Assembly (NCBI RefSeq): GCF_036321535.1
Contig: NC_087437.1
Coordinates: 95,358,001-95,422,000, forward strand
From: Camelus dromedarius
Lineage: Eukaryota
Length of the DNA: 64,000 nt
Direction: 5' to 3'
The notes beneath the pieces are model-generated. The model made no database searches. It worked only from the letters and a program-made list of their open reading frames with translations, and was not told where the DNA came from. Positions 45,046 through 60,356 of this stretch are shown piece by piece. Position 1 is the stretch's first letter, and every line of letters begins with the position of its first letter. The position numbers were made by a program, and so were the translations under genes.

Positions 45046-47646
45046 GTAAGTCCATTGAAACGGATGAAAACATCTATGAATCTCGCCTCTCTACCCTGGC
45101 TCTCTATGACTTGAAAATGCATCTACTGACGTTAGAAATTACATTAAAAATTCATTAACAGTAAGCCTCGTATTACTTATAGGAATGATTGACTTCCATA
45201 TCTTGTCAGGCATCTCAAGTCCCTGCAGTGTTCTAATAAGTGGGTTATTTAAGAAACTAAAACAGTGGATAATACTTTTAATGTTCTTAAAAGGTTATTT
45301 TATAGTTTTAAACAAATACACATTATTGTTGTTGGAGTAATAGCGTAGGGTTAACCTTCATCAGATTCACTGACACTCTTCCAAAGTGTCCTCATTCTGT
45401 TTCCTGGGGAATTTTGCATTCAAAGAGAAGACAATAAACTCATTTGGGTATTAACTCTAACCGTAGTGGTGCTACAAACAGTTAATTTGTGCATCAGAAG
45501 GCAAATCGAATTATCTTCCTCCATGCCTTCACATGCAATATTGACTCTCACTGAAGAGGTAAGGCTTATATTCTCTAGGGAGCACAGGAGACTAATGCAA
45601 ACATTGTGATGTTGTCTAGAGAAAGCCTTTAATGAAAGTGCCTCAGGTGGCCCAGCATTTATTAAACCACCACCTTCCCGTTTTATAAAACAACCCCACG
45701 GGCTTTGTTGGAAATTCATGTAAGATAAATTCTCTCAGACTCACCCATCTTGTCAAGTTTGCTAAATTTGCTAAAGGGGTGGGGGAAGGTTGTCAGGGGC
45801 ATCGTTGCCCACCTCCTGGTCCTCTCCAACCACAATCTGATTAGAACTTTCATTACCAGTCAGCAATTTTTCAAAAAGGGCATCATTTGCCATTATCATA
45901 TGAAAGCCTAACATTATAGATCCTTATCCAAGGTTACAAGGAGGGTTTTCTGAGGCACTTCTCCCTGTGATTCCTGCCACTTGACAGAAAAATTTAATAC
46001 AAAGCTCACAGCATGATGAGCACTAGTAATTTTGCAATGAGTGGCTGTCCGTGCTGTAATCTGTACTTTATTCGGAGTATTTTCTCTCGCTAGCATCTAT
46101 CTGATACTAGACTACATTAAATACTGGCATGACACCACGCACCTGGGCCTCCTGGATCCTGCCCAGGACTCTTTTGTCAGTGAAACTGAGCTGTCAGAAT
46201 ATTATCTGTTCTTGAAGGGTTATTATCGTGGCTTTGTGCATGTTTACCTCTGTGAAGGGACAAACACTAGGTGTAAATCCCCAAACTCTATTGGCAGTTT
46301 TACATTTATGGGACCCCTGTAATGGCATTTTACAAGTTTTATAGCTGTTCTATCAGTTTTTATTATCTAGAAGAGAGTGCTCCTAACAGAAAAACTGGTC
46401 AAACATCAAACCTTGATGTAAATACATCTAGGTTTAATACATCAGGAAGAAAATCTGGACTAAAGCTTTGTGTAGCTCTTTCTACCTCTTATTTACACTT
46501 GTTCTGAGGGGCTTCTGGCATTGAGTGATGCTTTAAAAAATACTTTAAATAATGTAAACATGCCAGTTAAAGGGCATAGCATTGCAGTTATAAATTACAC
46601 TATGCTTGAAAATTGTGGTCTATATTTATTGTCCTGCATTCTGTGGTACTTATTTCAGTGTGTTTAATAATTAAATATAAATTCTAACTAAACCCTGAAT
46701 AATAGCTATTTAACCAAATGATGAAGCAACCAAGTTATTCTAAGTTAATATCAGAAATGCCAAAGAAATATGTTAAAATATTTGTAAAGCCAAAACGTTT
46801 GTATGAAATGTTGTTTAAAACTCAAAAAGTGTTCATTTCATAAGTGATTATGCAGAATTTCCATAGTATATACTACAGTGTAGAAGCCAGTAATTATTTT
46901 CTCTAAGTCACAAAAATAGACAAAATGGAGATTTAACTAAAGCTGTTTTTTAAATACTGGCTTTAACTTCCTTTTAGCATTTTGATAACCATCTGTCTTT
47001 TAGTTATGTTTATTGTACTAACAAGTCTTGAATTTAACTCTGGACACTTTCTGATATGCTAAAGAAAAAATAACAAAGCTATGTGTTATTGTATACATTT
47101 CCATAATGCATATTGGTTAAAATAATTTAAATGCAAATACTTCACAATGCACTAAGTAAAACAATGTACATACTCTTGATAGTAGTTATAGCTTGGAAAC
47201 AAATAATTTTATCAGAAATCATTTTCATATTTTTTGAAAAAATATTCACAATCCATTTCATGAAGAAACTCAATGGCAGATATAATTTGTACAATTATTG
47301 AAAAAGAGAGGGAAAGGGGGAAAGAGAATTTAAAAAGCTGCCAATCGTGTAAATGAGAATTAAATATAGTTAAGACATGGAAGGGTTTTTTCATTTTTGC
47401 TTTTTAATGATTAAAATATATCAACTATGATGGATGAATTTGATTATTGTCAATAGGCTTCCTCTGTGAACCCTTTGCAGTATATGGTATATCAGGCCTG
47501 AGTGTGTAGTGTCTTTGCTTTGTATATTTTGTTCGAAATATCAATTTCCTTTGCCGAATTTATGTGAACTATGTAAAGAAAGCTCAAGAGCAGCTACGTC
47601 TTAACCGATAGAGAATAATTTATGATGATCCTTATCAGTCAGATTT

Positions 47647-48027
47647 GTATTAGTTTTCTAGGGCTGCCATGATGAAGTACCAGAAACTAGGTGGCTCGAA
47701 GAACGGAAATGTATTTCCTCACAGCTCTGGAGGCTAAAAGTCCAACATCACAGTGTTGGCAGGGTGGTTTCTTCTGAGGCCCCTCACCTTGGCTTGTAGA
47801 TGACTACCTTCTCCCTGTGTTTTCACTTCATCTTTCCTCAGTGTGTGGACGTGCCCTCTTCTTATAAGGACACCAGTCAGACTGGATGAGGGCCCACCCA
47901 GAGGACCTCATTTTAATTTAATTACCTATTTAAAGCCCCTATCTTCCAATGCAAGTCACATTCTGAGACACTGGGGGTTAGGACTTCAACATTTGAATTT
48001 TGGAGGGGACACAGTTCAGCCCATAAC
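47647..48027. mobile_element. MLT1A/B solo LTR (MaLR)
   Basis: tgtattagttttctagggctgcc...cttcttataaggacaccagtca...ggggacacagttcagcccataaca; TG...CA ends. Confidence 0.85.
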
Positions 48028-51000
48028 AGCACACCAGCCCCTAATCCATGGCACTGTGGCCACACCTTGTATTACAGGTAAATGCTGGGCCTCATAAACC
48101 AGGGAGTACTCATTACAAAACAGAGGGCTACATGCTATAGACACCCCAACAGGCAGAATCTAACTCTTCATTTATTTCATATTGGCCACTTCCAAGTTTA
48201 GCCCAGATGAAGGATAGGATTAAAATATATGAATATTTATCAGTCAGACTTTTATGGAGTTAAAGCCAAGCTTAAGTGCATTTCTAGGACCTTCTCATAG
48301 ATTCTTCCCACCCTCCTCTTCAACCCTTTCTGATGCATTTACACACTTCATTTAAAAACCAAATGCATTATTTCTCCAGCTCTACTTCTCATAAACTATA
48401 AATTCACCACTCTCTTTGGAATGATGTTATTTTGACTTGATTTATCATTAATTACAAGGTCTTGGGACTTTAAGCAGTTAAGCCAATAGAGAGTGCTGGA
48501 CCTCCATAGCAAGGTAATGCAGCCAGAATTGTCTCTATGGATTTGCTTTTGTGTATTACTTTATATACATTATATTGGTTTTTGGAGAGTCTTGTATAAA
48601 GAATGGTGTTTATATGATTGTATGAAGAAAGAGCCTATACATATATGAGTTTCATGATCCTATTTGTTAAATTCAGTTTGAGCTATTAGTGGTACGAATT
48701 GGATGAAAGTACTATTTATCACTATATGAAATACAGAATTGTTTATACTGTGATAATCCCTGATTTAACTCAGTAATTATTTTACAATACCTAAAAAAGA
48801 ATTTATTTGGTAATCTGTTTATACAAGAGATTAAACCTACCAGGATTCCCCTCTGTCAGTTAGATACAGTGGCAATTATATACTGGAAGTTAGAACTCAT
48901 CATTGGAATTTTTTGTCTCTTTCTATCTGTGTTACAGACAGTGCCGTTATAGAGCACCTGGTGGTAGATTTTGTCTTGAGAGTCGTAGATTCCCAAGACT
49001 TTGTATGATCTGATGATAGTGGTAATCATCAGCTTTGACATCTGATAAACCTAGGTATTTTATGGTTTGATGATAGTGGCAGTCATCAGCTTTCTGATAA
49101 GCTATATTTGCAATCCGATTTAAATTTGTAGCAAGCAGATTGTGTAGAAATGAGCCTACAGTCACTCACTCCCTCTGCTTCCAGGTACGGTATGAATTAG
49201 ACTTTTCTCCTCCTCCTGTTGCCAGTTCCAGGCTCAGTCTGAACTTACTATAGCTCGGCCTTGGGTTCTTAGCTTTAAGCCACTCAATGCAATCTGTCTT
49301 CTAACTCTCTCCTTTTGGTTATTTTTAATAAACAAGTAGCAGATGAGGGAAGAATCTCATGGTAGTACTTTTTTTAAGTGTTATTATTAAAAAAACGTGT
49401 TTAGTAAGGAGGAAAATCAGCAATAGTGACAATGGCAGTCTATGTTGTAAGACAAAAATTTTATTTTCCCAGAGTCTTTGGAAATTTAGTGTTGTTGACT
49501 GTACTTTGGCCACCATTTTAGATAAAGTGTTGAGGCTTTTTATATGGAAGTTGAACATGGTGAACTAACTAAAAGCAACAAAAAATTCAACTAACAGTCT
49601 GACCACTGTTAATAATGGAGTCCTACGTAAAACAGCTGGCAGTAAGATGGTACCTTAAGCTTTCCACTTTCAAAACCAATCCAGTGAATTCTGATGCCTT
49701 AGTTATAGCAGATAATGTGAAAAGAAAATGTATTTCTAAAAAATTCATATCTACTTAAGGACCAAAAAAGGATTAATTCTTTAAAAAAAATACAGGAATG
49801 AGGAACACTAGATTAAAACTGGTGCTTCCTAGAACCTTTAATTCACTGTTATATTAAGAATTTTCAAGGTGCAATTTTAATATTCATGAGTTTCTCATGT
49901 TGGTATATGTAAATGATAATCAGTGGACTATTGCCAATAATAGTAAAGTATCTGGAAACAAGCTAAATATTCCTCTTTAGGGATTGACTAAATAAATAAT
50001 GATATATTCATAAATCAGAACATTATGTGAACTTAAAAAAACGTATACAACTACACATTTAGGTGAAGAAAGTGCAACTCCTTTTATGTTACTGAGACGG
50101 AAGTCTACCACATGCCGGTGGGCAGACAGGCACTCTGTGCAATCCCAGATATGGCCATTCTACATAGTTCCTTATGTGAATGGTTTCGTAGCTTGGTAGC
50201 CCTGCTTTATCTGCATAAATAATTTCTGGAATAATCTATAAAAAACTAGTCAAACTGATTGTCTCTGCATCAGAATTTGAAATGGAGGAGAGGAGGAATG
50301 AGGGGTTGTACTTTCAAGTCCTTGTGTACTTTTGAATTTTTACCATGAGAACGTATATTTTTTGTTGAAAATCTTAACGTTAATTTTGTAATATTAAGCA
50401 TTTAATACATGTTTTATGAATGTTTTCAGCTGATTTACTCTATCATATAGACATTTCTTTCTGATTATGAAAACATTACTACTTCTAAGGTCATGATTAC
50501 AAAACTACACGGCGATTGCCAAATCTCTATATCGCTGGTTTTGACCTCTCTTTAAATTTAGATTTTATGTACAACAACCTGCTAGACATCTCTGTGTGGA
50601 TACTTTAAAGTTTCCTCCTATTCACTTGCCTAAAACTGAACTCATACTCTTCCTTCACAAATCACCTCTTCCTCATCCCTGTATTCCTCACCTTCAGTGA
50701 TGTTTCTCTCATGCACCTAGTCAACTGTGGCAAAAATCCTGAAAGTTATCTAATAGGTAGTCTTCCCTTATTATATTCCACTGATCATTTATTAATATCG
50801 ATTTTTTTCCTTAAAGTCTCTGAAACACATCCATCTGAACAACCACCGATTCCATTCTATCTCCTGTCTTTACTTACTGAGTGATTCACACCTTTCCTTT
50901 TAATCCGTCCTCCACACTACAGCCAGAACAACCTCAAACTAGAATCTATTCATATTCTTCTACTAACTTACCAACAGTTATTAGATTATATGTGTCTCCT

Positions 51001-51794
51001 CCCTGGAGTGGACATGAGTCATTTTAAAAGACAGCACCACCCAAAGAATATAAATTTTCTAGATTTCAAATTTTATGTTTATTTTTGTATTTAAGTATGT
51101 CTACAAAATAGGAAGTTGAAATATATATAATGTCCAACTATATGTAATATATTAGTATATAACTATAGATAGACAGATAAAATTAGTATATTTATACCAG
51201 TGATTGTCTGGTTTAAAACCTCTGGCTGTATATACAAAGCAGAGAGATGCCACCAGTGAATGGTAGATTGTGAACATGCGATAAAATGAAATAGTAGCAT
51301 AAAGAACCTGAACCAGAAATTAAGAATCTGAGGGCATTAGTCCAGGTTCTGATTATACTTACCTTTAAGATTGAAAAATAATTTACGAGCTATGTGTTTG
51401 GGTTTTTCTATCTACAAAATGAGAAGGGGCTTAGGCTAGATATGAGATGACAAACAGGTCTCAACTCAAGTGCCAGCCTCAATCAATTTGAAGTGGTTTT
51501 CTGAAGATGAAGGGTGTGCCTTTGGGATCAGCAACATTATGCTGAAATCAATTAGGAAGGTCTGCCGTGGTTCGGGGAGAGACAGTTATAGCACTTGTGC
51601 CCATATTAGCTATCCCAAGGCTAGATAATCTCTAAATTCTAACTCTATAATTGAGTATTTCTGTGCTAGATAAAGGTGATCGTACATTAAAATTATTAGC
51701 TGTCTTATTCCTTGGTTGCCTTCAGTTGTTCCAGTTCATTTAAGATATATTATCTCACAGTTGAATGTGATTCTAATGATCATACTAATGTTGA

Positions 51795-52184
<390 letters not shown>

Positions 52185-52189
52185 TAGCA

Positions 52190-53195
52190 GCCAATAAATA
52201 TAGATTAAACCTGTGTTTGCAAGGTGCACTGTTAGGCTCTCTGGGGCCACACGAAAAGTGGTAAGATTTAGAAATTTGCTCTGCAGTGGAGACAGGCATG
52301 GACCCAAATAATTTACATACAGTTTGCTCTAATACGGGACATTATGCAAGTCTTCCTTGTCAAGGTGCCAATTTTAAAGAGTTAAATTTAAAGGAAAGTA
52401 TGATTTCTATAAGTTAAACTGGGAGAAGGGGTTATCAGGCAAAGGAAATAAGTGGAGAAAAAAACATGAAAGTGTGAAAATGAATGTTTGGTGAATACTG
52501 ATTTCTATTTTGGCTGGAGAATGAGATGCTTGGGGACAGGGACAAATGGTAAAAGATAAAACTAGAAAGGTGGTTCACCAGATTGGTAAGGCCAGGACTT
52601 CTATTCTATAGAGTTTGGGATTTAAGATATGGATGGTGGTGAGCCAGCAAAGAATTTGATCATGAAATGATATAATCAGATTTGTGACTTTTTTAAAAAA
52701 AAATAACTGACAGCACTCTATTGTGAAAGAAGAGACTGGAGTTGGGTAGCTGAAGGTATCAGAACATTGCAAAATAATCTAGGTCTAAAATGTGAAAGCC
52801 TTGAATTAAAATAGTTGTGCAAATTAAAAGGAGAAAACAGCCTAGGTAGACATTTCAGAGATAGACCCTATAGGACTTGGGGACTAACTGAATGTATAAA
52901 AGCACAATGTACTAATGGAGTAAAAGAAACATTCAAATGTTAATTAGATGGCTCTCTATGACTAGTGGAACACAATTGTATTAACCAATGTTAAAAAGCG
53001 AGGAAAAGGATAAAAGTCTTGGGGAAAAATAATTCCAGTTTTGAATGGACTAAGGTGCTGACAAGAACACAGATATGAAGAAAATCAATACGAATTTAAG
53101 AACTAGGTTTAAAGATCAGGAGGAAGGTTGTAGGTAGAAAGTGGATTTTAGAACCAGCAACACAGAGGTGAAAACTGAATTATAAGAGCTAAATT
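52190..53195 (-). mobile_element. Degraded L2 fragments
   Basis: aggtgcactgttaggctctctgggg start and purine-rich L2-like body (tggatggtggtgagccagcaaagaatttga). Confidence 0.5.
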
Positions 53196-53199
53196 AGCA

Positions 53200-53416
53200 G
53201 CAGTGATATACTGGCTAATGTTTAACCATCAGTTCTCTGGAAGAAAACAAAACAAATCCCTTCTTTGTAGCCATTTGCATACTTCTGTTGTCTAATTACT
53301 CCCACAAAGGCTAGTTTCAAGCTACTAAAATGAAGTTAGTGTATGTGGAGGTGGGAAGAGATGCGTGTACAGAGGGCTTTTGTGAGAATGTGTGAGCTCT
53401 CTCTGGCACCCCATAG
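53200..53416. mobile_element. MER63A-like hAT-Blackjack element
   Basis: cagtgatatactggctaatgtttaacc...tttcaagctac...gggaagagatgcg. Confidence 0.6.
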
Positions 53417-53437
53417 TCAGAAGTGAGTGTATTTAAA

Positions 53438-53672
53438 GGTTACCAGTGGGGAGAGGGAAAGGGGGAGGGACAAGGTAGGGGAGGGGATACAAACTGCTAT
53501 GTATAAAATAAATAAGCTACAAGGATATAATGTGTAGCACAAGGAATATAGCCATTATATTATAATAACTTTAAATGGAGTGTATCTATTAAAATATTGA
53601 ATCACTATGTTGTACACTTGAAACTCATGTAATATTGTAAATCGACTACACTTCAATAAAAATAAATACATA
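53438..53672 (+). mobile_element. LINE-1 3' end with AATAAA and A-rich tail
   Basis: ggttaccagtggggagaggg...tacaaactgctatgtataaaataaataagctacaagg...cttcaataaaaataaa. Confidence 0.8.
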
Positions 53673-55129
53673 ATATATATATACTTACATATGTTCTTTA
53701 TTCTAAACAGAAACTGAGGTGGATCCACCCAGGGATATAAAATAATCATGCTATCCAAACTAAAACGAATAGTATCCTAGAAAGAATGGAGTAGGAAATT
53801 TTAAGGTAGGAAGAAATGTAAAATGCCACAGAAGTGAAAGTTAGATGTGACTCGAGGTAGAGGGTGAGAGGATGAGTGGAGGACACACAGATTTTGCAAA
53901 ATGCTTTTTGTGAGTGATATTTAAAAGAGTTGTTTTTGGTAGAGGAGGCAGAACAGAGTCCAGACTGTAGTGGGTTGGAAAGTGAGGAAGTTGTGGAAGG
54001 AAGGTGGTGAGTATAGGCTCTTTGCAGAAGGTTGGAAAGAAGAATAGAGACTGAGATAGAGTTTGATAGGAAGGCAGAAATTTTAGGATAGGGTACTCAG
54101 ATATTCTTAGAGACGAAGGAGAAGAAACAATTTAGGCAGAAGAGATACGAGAGAGAAAAGGAAATCGATGGAGGTGTCAGGAAAGAGTGATGAGGAAGTA
54201 AATCTTAGAAGGCTGTAAGTGCACATTAAGTACAACTGTATTTTAATAAGTGTGTTTCGTAAGATGAGACATCAGTCTGTTGTTCTGTTTATCATGGGTA
54301 TCTGCTCATTAGCAACTTCCTTTCAATATTGGAGGACAGTTTCACTTTGTTCTGTGATGGAAGCCTGTATTCCTCATCCAGGCATGGACTCAGCAGTGAA
54401 GACATGTGTAAGGCTGTGCATTTCGGACTGATGCCTCCTCTAAGTGACCACAAAGTACTTAGCGACATCACCACAACCTAAAGTTTGCAATATGTAACTT
54501 AATTTTTTCAGTTAAGCCAAAGATGATCTGAACTTTTAACTTTTGGTGATTATACTCCAAGTATTGATTCATAAATCAAATGTCATGATGTAAATTCTGA
54601 AGTTTATATCTAGCCTGAAAGTATGGGCCAGTTTGCTGCTCACAAGCAACCTTCCTCCAAAGTAAGTGGGATTTTTCAGGAGAAAATTTTACACACTGAG
54701 AAAGATCTCGGGTTTGCAGAATTAGAACAAAGAGATGAAATTATTTTTTATCCATCTTCAGAAATTTAGTAAGTTATCCTCTGTGTTATAAAAATATTTG
54801 TAATTAAAGAACTAAGACTAGAATCATTAATCTAGAAACAACCCTATTCCATGGAAAGCACTGAGATACACTGAGCAGTTATTATTTTATATGTCTGTCT
54901 TTTCCAAGTTCATTTGAATCGTAACCTTGTTTGTATGTGTCATTAAATGATCATTTCTATGCATTGCTATAATTTTCACCTTCATAAGTCAATTTACATT
55001 ATTTATAATAAAAAATGGGTTCCCTGATTTACATATATAACAAATGGTTATTTTTTAATTAAGGAAAGTGGTCTTCTAAACTTCAATGTCTGCTATTTTT
55101 GCTGACATCTACTACAGTTAGTTCGATTT

Positions 55130-56700
55130 ATTTCTACATATATCAAACATCTACTGTGTTATTAAGCATTGTACTAGTCCTGAGATTTATGTGTAAACAT
55201 GAACCTTGACCTCAAGGAGCTTATAGTTAGAGAGGGAGACAGGCAATCTGTGGATTCACAGATATACTCATATTTGGTATAATGTTTACGGTGCCATGAT
55301 ACTTGAGAGTCCAGAGAAAGGAAAATTAGCCCTGTCTTCTGGGAGATGGAATGTTAAGAACGATTTCTTGATCTTTCCTGGCTTAAGTGACTTATAAGCT
55401 TGAGTGTTCAGGATGAGTGGAATTTAGCTTGGGCAAGAAGGATGGATAGATTGTTCTGGCAGAGAAAATCAGCATGAAAAGCTGAGGTACCTTCAGGAGA
55501 CCATAAGAAATTCATTATTACTAGACAGTAAAAGTGATAAAGATGAAGCTCTTGAGGGAAATGTAAGCTTAACTCATAGAAAGCCTGTAGTTCCTATGCA
55601 AGGAAGGTGGCTGAGTGAAGTCGGTTTAGAGGGAAATAACTCAAGAGGCAGAGACCTGTTGGAAGACATTTACAACCCCCAGGAAGATGTAGAGAATATA
55701 AACCAGGCAAAGGGAGCAAGGCTGAGTGAGTGGGAAAATTCAAGAAACATTTTAGAGTTAAAATCATCCTTACACGTTTTGTGTTTGAATGGGTGGAAAA
55801 GGTACACTTAAGGGGTATGGGAGGGTTGTTGAAAGGCAGGGAAGACTCCAAAATAATTCTGGTTTTCTGTCCTAGGTTATCAGTGGTTAGTGACGTCATC
55901 AGCTACAGCAGGGAAGACAGAGAAAATCTCAGAGAAGTGGGCATGTGAAGTCAATATTCAACATGTTGGGTTTGAGGGACACTCAGGAGGAAGTGTTCAA
56001 CTGGGCATAGTTCAGGAGTTGGAAATGTAAATTAAGAACACATTATGATAAAGTAGTTAAGCCATTCATTCATTCACTGAAAGTATTTATTGATGACCTG
56101 TTATCTGTCAAGCTTAGAGTATGTCAGTATACAAAACAGAGAAAAATACCTGTTCTCTTGACAGCTATACTCTGGAAAAGGTTACAATCTGTGAGAATGG
56201 ATGAATCACCCAGGGTGAGTGGTAAAAAATATGGGTTTATGTACACACACACACACACACAAGCTAAAAGTTGAAACCTGCAGGGCATCAACGTGTAAGA
56301 GATTCTGCATGAGAAGAGCCCACAAAAGACTGGCCAGGAAAGAAGGAGAAGTAGGAACTGAAAGAGCAGAAACGCTTACATTGATAGTGGTTTTCAGAGG
56401 AAGGGCAGTGGGATGTCCAGAGACAGGAGGATGGAAATGTGGTTAGCGTTATCAAAGTCAACAGTGACTTTTCTCGGTTCCCTTTTAGTAATATGGGCAT
56501 AAGTAGATTTCAGTGGGATACAAAATGAATGGGAGTTGTGACTTCCAGTAGAGAACCGAAATTGCTTTTCAAGAAGCTTTGCTAAACAATGAGGAGAGAA
56601 AGTATTGATTTATTTAGAGCACAGGCTTAAGGGAAAGATTTTAGCAAAAGAGATATTTTATCATATTGTAGTGTGTCAAAAACTAAAGTCAATAGAAAGA
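55130..56700 (-). mobile_element. Cluster of degraded L2 fragments
   Basis: ccttgacctcaaggagcttatagttagagaggg and cattcattcattcactgaaagtatttattga L2 tail motifs. Confidence 0.5.
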
Positions 56701-57765
56701 GAAGAGTTGATGAAACAGGGATAGAAGATGAAGGTCAGAGAGGACCAAGTGCTCTGAAGCTAGGATCCAGGTATAGTGGTCCTCGTGGACTGTGAAACCC
56801 CAGAGAGTTAGAAGTCTGGATTTAGAAGGAAAGTTGTGATGGATAGAACAAGAGAGAGTTGTCATCAGGGAGGACTAGAGAGGCTGCATAACTTGATGGC
56901 TTTGTCCTCACAGAAGGAGAATGCTTTTGTTTAGGGGTGGAGGAGCCTTGATTTATAGCTGGTTTAGTGAGCTGAAGGCAAATCTTCCTCCTTCCACTGC
57001 AGGGAACTTCAGTGGAAACTTCAGAGGAAATCCGATTTCATTCAGTCAAGGAGGAGGTAGAAGAATTTGGAGGAGGAAAACAAAAGGGCATGTAGAAGAG
57101 GTTTTGTGTGTGTATTTGGTGTCCAAATGGTAGAGTGGACAGACTTTGGAGAGAAGTGGGCAGTTGGAAGATACATCAATAGAAATGGCACCAAATTTAA
57201 AGTCCTATGGAGATAGACATTCAGGAGACGACAGTTAACTGGAGTGGCTTGATTTTTGAAGCTAGCAATGATGTCAGGCTCCTGAGATTCAGGATTCCAC
57301 AATGTGAATATGATTTTAAAATGGAGGTTGGCATCTTGGTGTCTAGGAAGTGAATCTGGGCTTGGCTCTGTTTTGGTGATTCAAGAAGACTGGGCTTTTT
57401 TTTTTTTTTTTCTGTCAATGCCTTATTATAATCCTTCATAGTTTACATGGGGATTCCACTATCTCATTTGCTTTCACATCAATACTAGCAAGTCCTCTGG
57501 GTGTAGCTACTATTATCACTTTCTTAGAAAAGTAGAAACTAAAGCCTAAGATAATGGGAGATCATATAGTGAAGGATGGAACTGGAAGCTACGTCTGACT
57601 TCAGGTCTGGTTTCCGTCTTATAAGGATATTGGTCCCAAGTGAGTTTGAGGTGGGCAAGAGCTTATGAGTATAATCAACCTAAACCCTGACCACTGCTTG
57701 GAAAATAGCAAGGTTGTCACTTTCATTTTCAGAAGGCAGTGCTGTCCTTCTCATCATTGTTGTAA

Positions 57766-58191
<426 letters not shown>

Positions 58192-59325
58192 TAATGTCAG
58201 TGACGCCGGCAAATGAAATTCTGAGAATTTAATGATTTTCTTGAAATGTGTTCCGAAGTTTTAAATAGGTAATAACAGTTTCTTTTTAAATTTAGGGTTC
58301 ATATTCATTTACAGATATTGAGATAGGAAATGTAGATGGCAAACATTTTTGTTAGGAAATAAGAACTATTGATCTAGATAATTATCATTCATAGTATTAT
58401 GGTAGGTTATAAAAACCTAGTAAAGTGACAGTTATAGGGTGTGAGTGAGAGTGTTTTGCCTGTGTTATCTGCCACCCTAGTGATCACTGGGGTTAATGAG
58501 GATGATTTGCCCAACTATCTTTAATCTTCAGTCTTTTGAAAATGGGACCCTGATACTTGACACTGAACCTCCCAGGTGGAGAACACTTCTTGAGTTAAAG
58601 ATACACTCCTTTGTTGGAATCTCTTGATAGCAACATAAGATACAGTTGGCAGTAAATCACATCTTATTAAAAAATCACCTACCATTTTTAAGATTGTATT
58701 TTCTCCATTTAATAAAAAAACAGGTTGAAGACAAATTTCTCTTCTTACAAATATATTTACTTTCCCTCAGATTGTTCACTAAGTGTTAAATTCTAACTTT
58801 TTATAATAGAAGATGAAAAATTATAATTACATCTAACTGAATTTTTCTATGATGCCCAATGTATTTTAACTTTGAGTTTTGGAATAAGAGACTTTCCTCC
58901 TGCAAATGCTGTTAGAAAAGTTGTTTTTCAACTTTTTTTTTTAAATAGAAGAGTCCTTTTGGGGAACAAAAGTCATTATAGACAACTCTACTATTTAAAA
59001 GCAATAAAAATTGAGCTCCAATGTTGACTTGAGGCTGGAGGAGTAGAGAGCTTGGAGTACTCCTGTTCCTCTCTCCATGCCGCACCCCTCAACATCCAGA
59101 CCCTGTGCAGGAACACAGTTTAGTACTTGTTAGAGAACTATTGGATTTGCTGTCAGAACCAACTAAAGTTGACAAGTAAATATGTTGCCATGAGCATTTT
59201 CCAATGTGTACTAGTGAACGGGTGAAGAAACACAAACCATAAGAATAAAAACATATAAATAAATATACAATAGGAAAGTACTCTGAGATTTATTTTCACA
59301 TTCAACAAAAACTTCTCTCTTACAG

Positions 59326-59340
59326 GAAACTGAAAGCTGA
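59326..59340 (+). CDS. ROBO1: ROBO1 terminal exon coding part (ETES-stop)
   Basis: ctcttacag|GAA ACT GAA AGC TGA; gives the ROBO1 C-terminus EELEETES. Confidence 0.94.
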   Translation, partial: ETES

Positions 59341-59432
59341 AGACCCTCAGAGAGGCTTGTGAGAGCTAATGTGAAAATTATCACTCGAGATGCCTCATAT
59401 CTGATGACATATGACGCCAGATAAAATATTCA

Positions 59433-59439
59433 GTGCAAT
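59433..59439 (+). promoter_or_regulatory. miR-25/92 family 7mer-m8 site (GTGCAAT)
   Basis: Exact seed match ~90 nt after the stop codon. Confidence 0.6.
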
Positions 59440-60348
59440 CAGAGTGTACAAATTGTCGTTTTTATTCCTCTTATTCGGAATACCATTTTTTAAAATTTCA
59501 TTGGGGTTTTATTGTTGTTGTTTGATCCCTATCCCAATGAAGAACATCCCTATTCCCCTCGCTGTTGGAACAAATCATTACACCGTACTTCCAACAAGGG
59601 AAGTATTTGACTTCTTGCTTCAGTCATCAGCCAGCAGGAGAGAACAAAACAGTTCTTTCGCATTTTGCCCCTGAGATATGGCATTGCACTGCTTATAAAC
59701 CAAGCCAATATACAGCAAAATATTGTTCAAAGACACAAAATTGACTAATCATCCTCATGTCAAGGGCTCTCAAGATATAATCTTTCTATAACCAACTGCT
59801 AATGCAAATTAAAACATAACTTCTGAATTACGTTTACTGAAACATAAAATGTAATCATTTTAACATGATTTTAGAATCAGTCTTTCATACCACCCTCTGC
59901 TGGGAGAAGAAAAAATATATAGCAAATGCAGAGCAACCACAATCAATTTGAATGGGGTAAAATCATTGTAAATATATACTCTTTGCAACCCCTGGTGGTA
60001 CTTAATTTTGTCTTCTTTTCAATCATTGAAGTATATTCTTATTGGAAATGTACTTTTGGATAAGTAGGGATAAGCCAGTTGGATCTCTGGTTGTCTAGTC
60101 ATTGTCATAAGTCAGCCTAGCAAAAACCTTGTTCTATTTTTCAATCAAAAAGCAATTATAAATACATATTACAAATAAATGGATGTTTTTAATGACCAAT
60201 TGAATAAGGACATCCCTATCTTAACTGGCCTAAATTTCTTCTGGTAGTGTCAGTTCAACTTTCAGAAGTGCCACTTAAGGAAGTTTGATTTTTGTTTTTG
60301 TAATGCACTGTTTTTAATCTTTTTTTTTTTTTTTTTTTTTGGTTTTAA

Positions 60349-60356
60349 AAGCACAA
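60349..60356 (+). promoter_or_regulatory. miR-218 8mer seed site (AAGCACAA)
   Basis: Exact complement of miR-218 seed; ROBO1 is an established miR-218 target. Confidence 0.85.
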
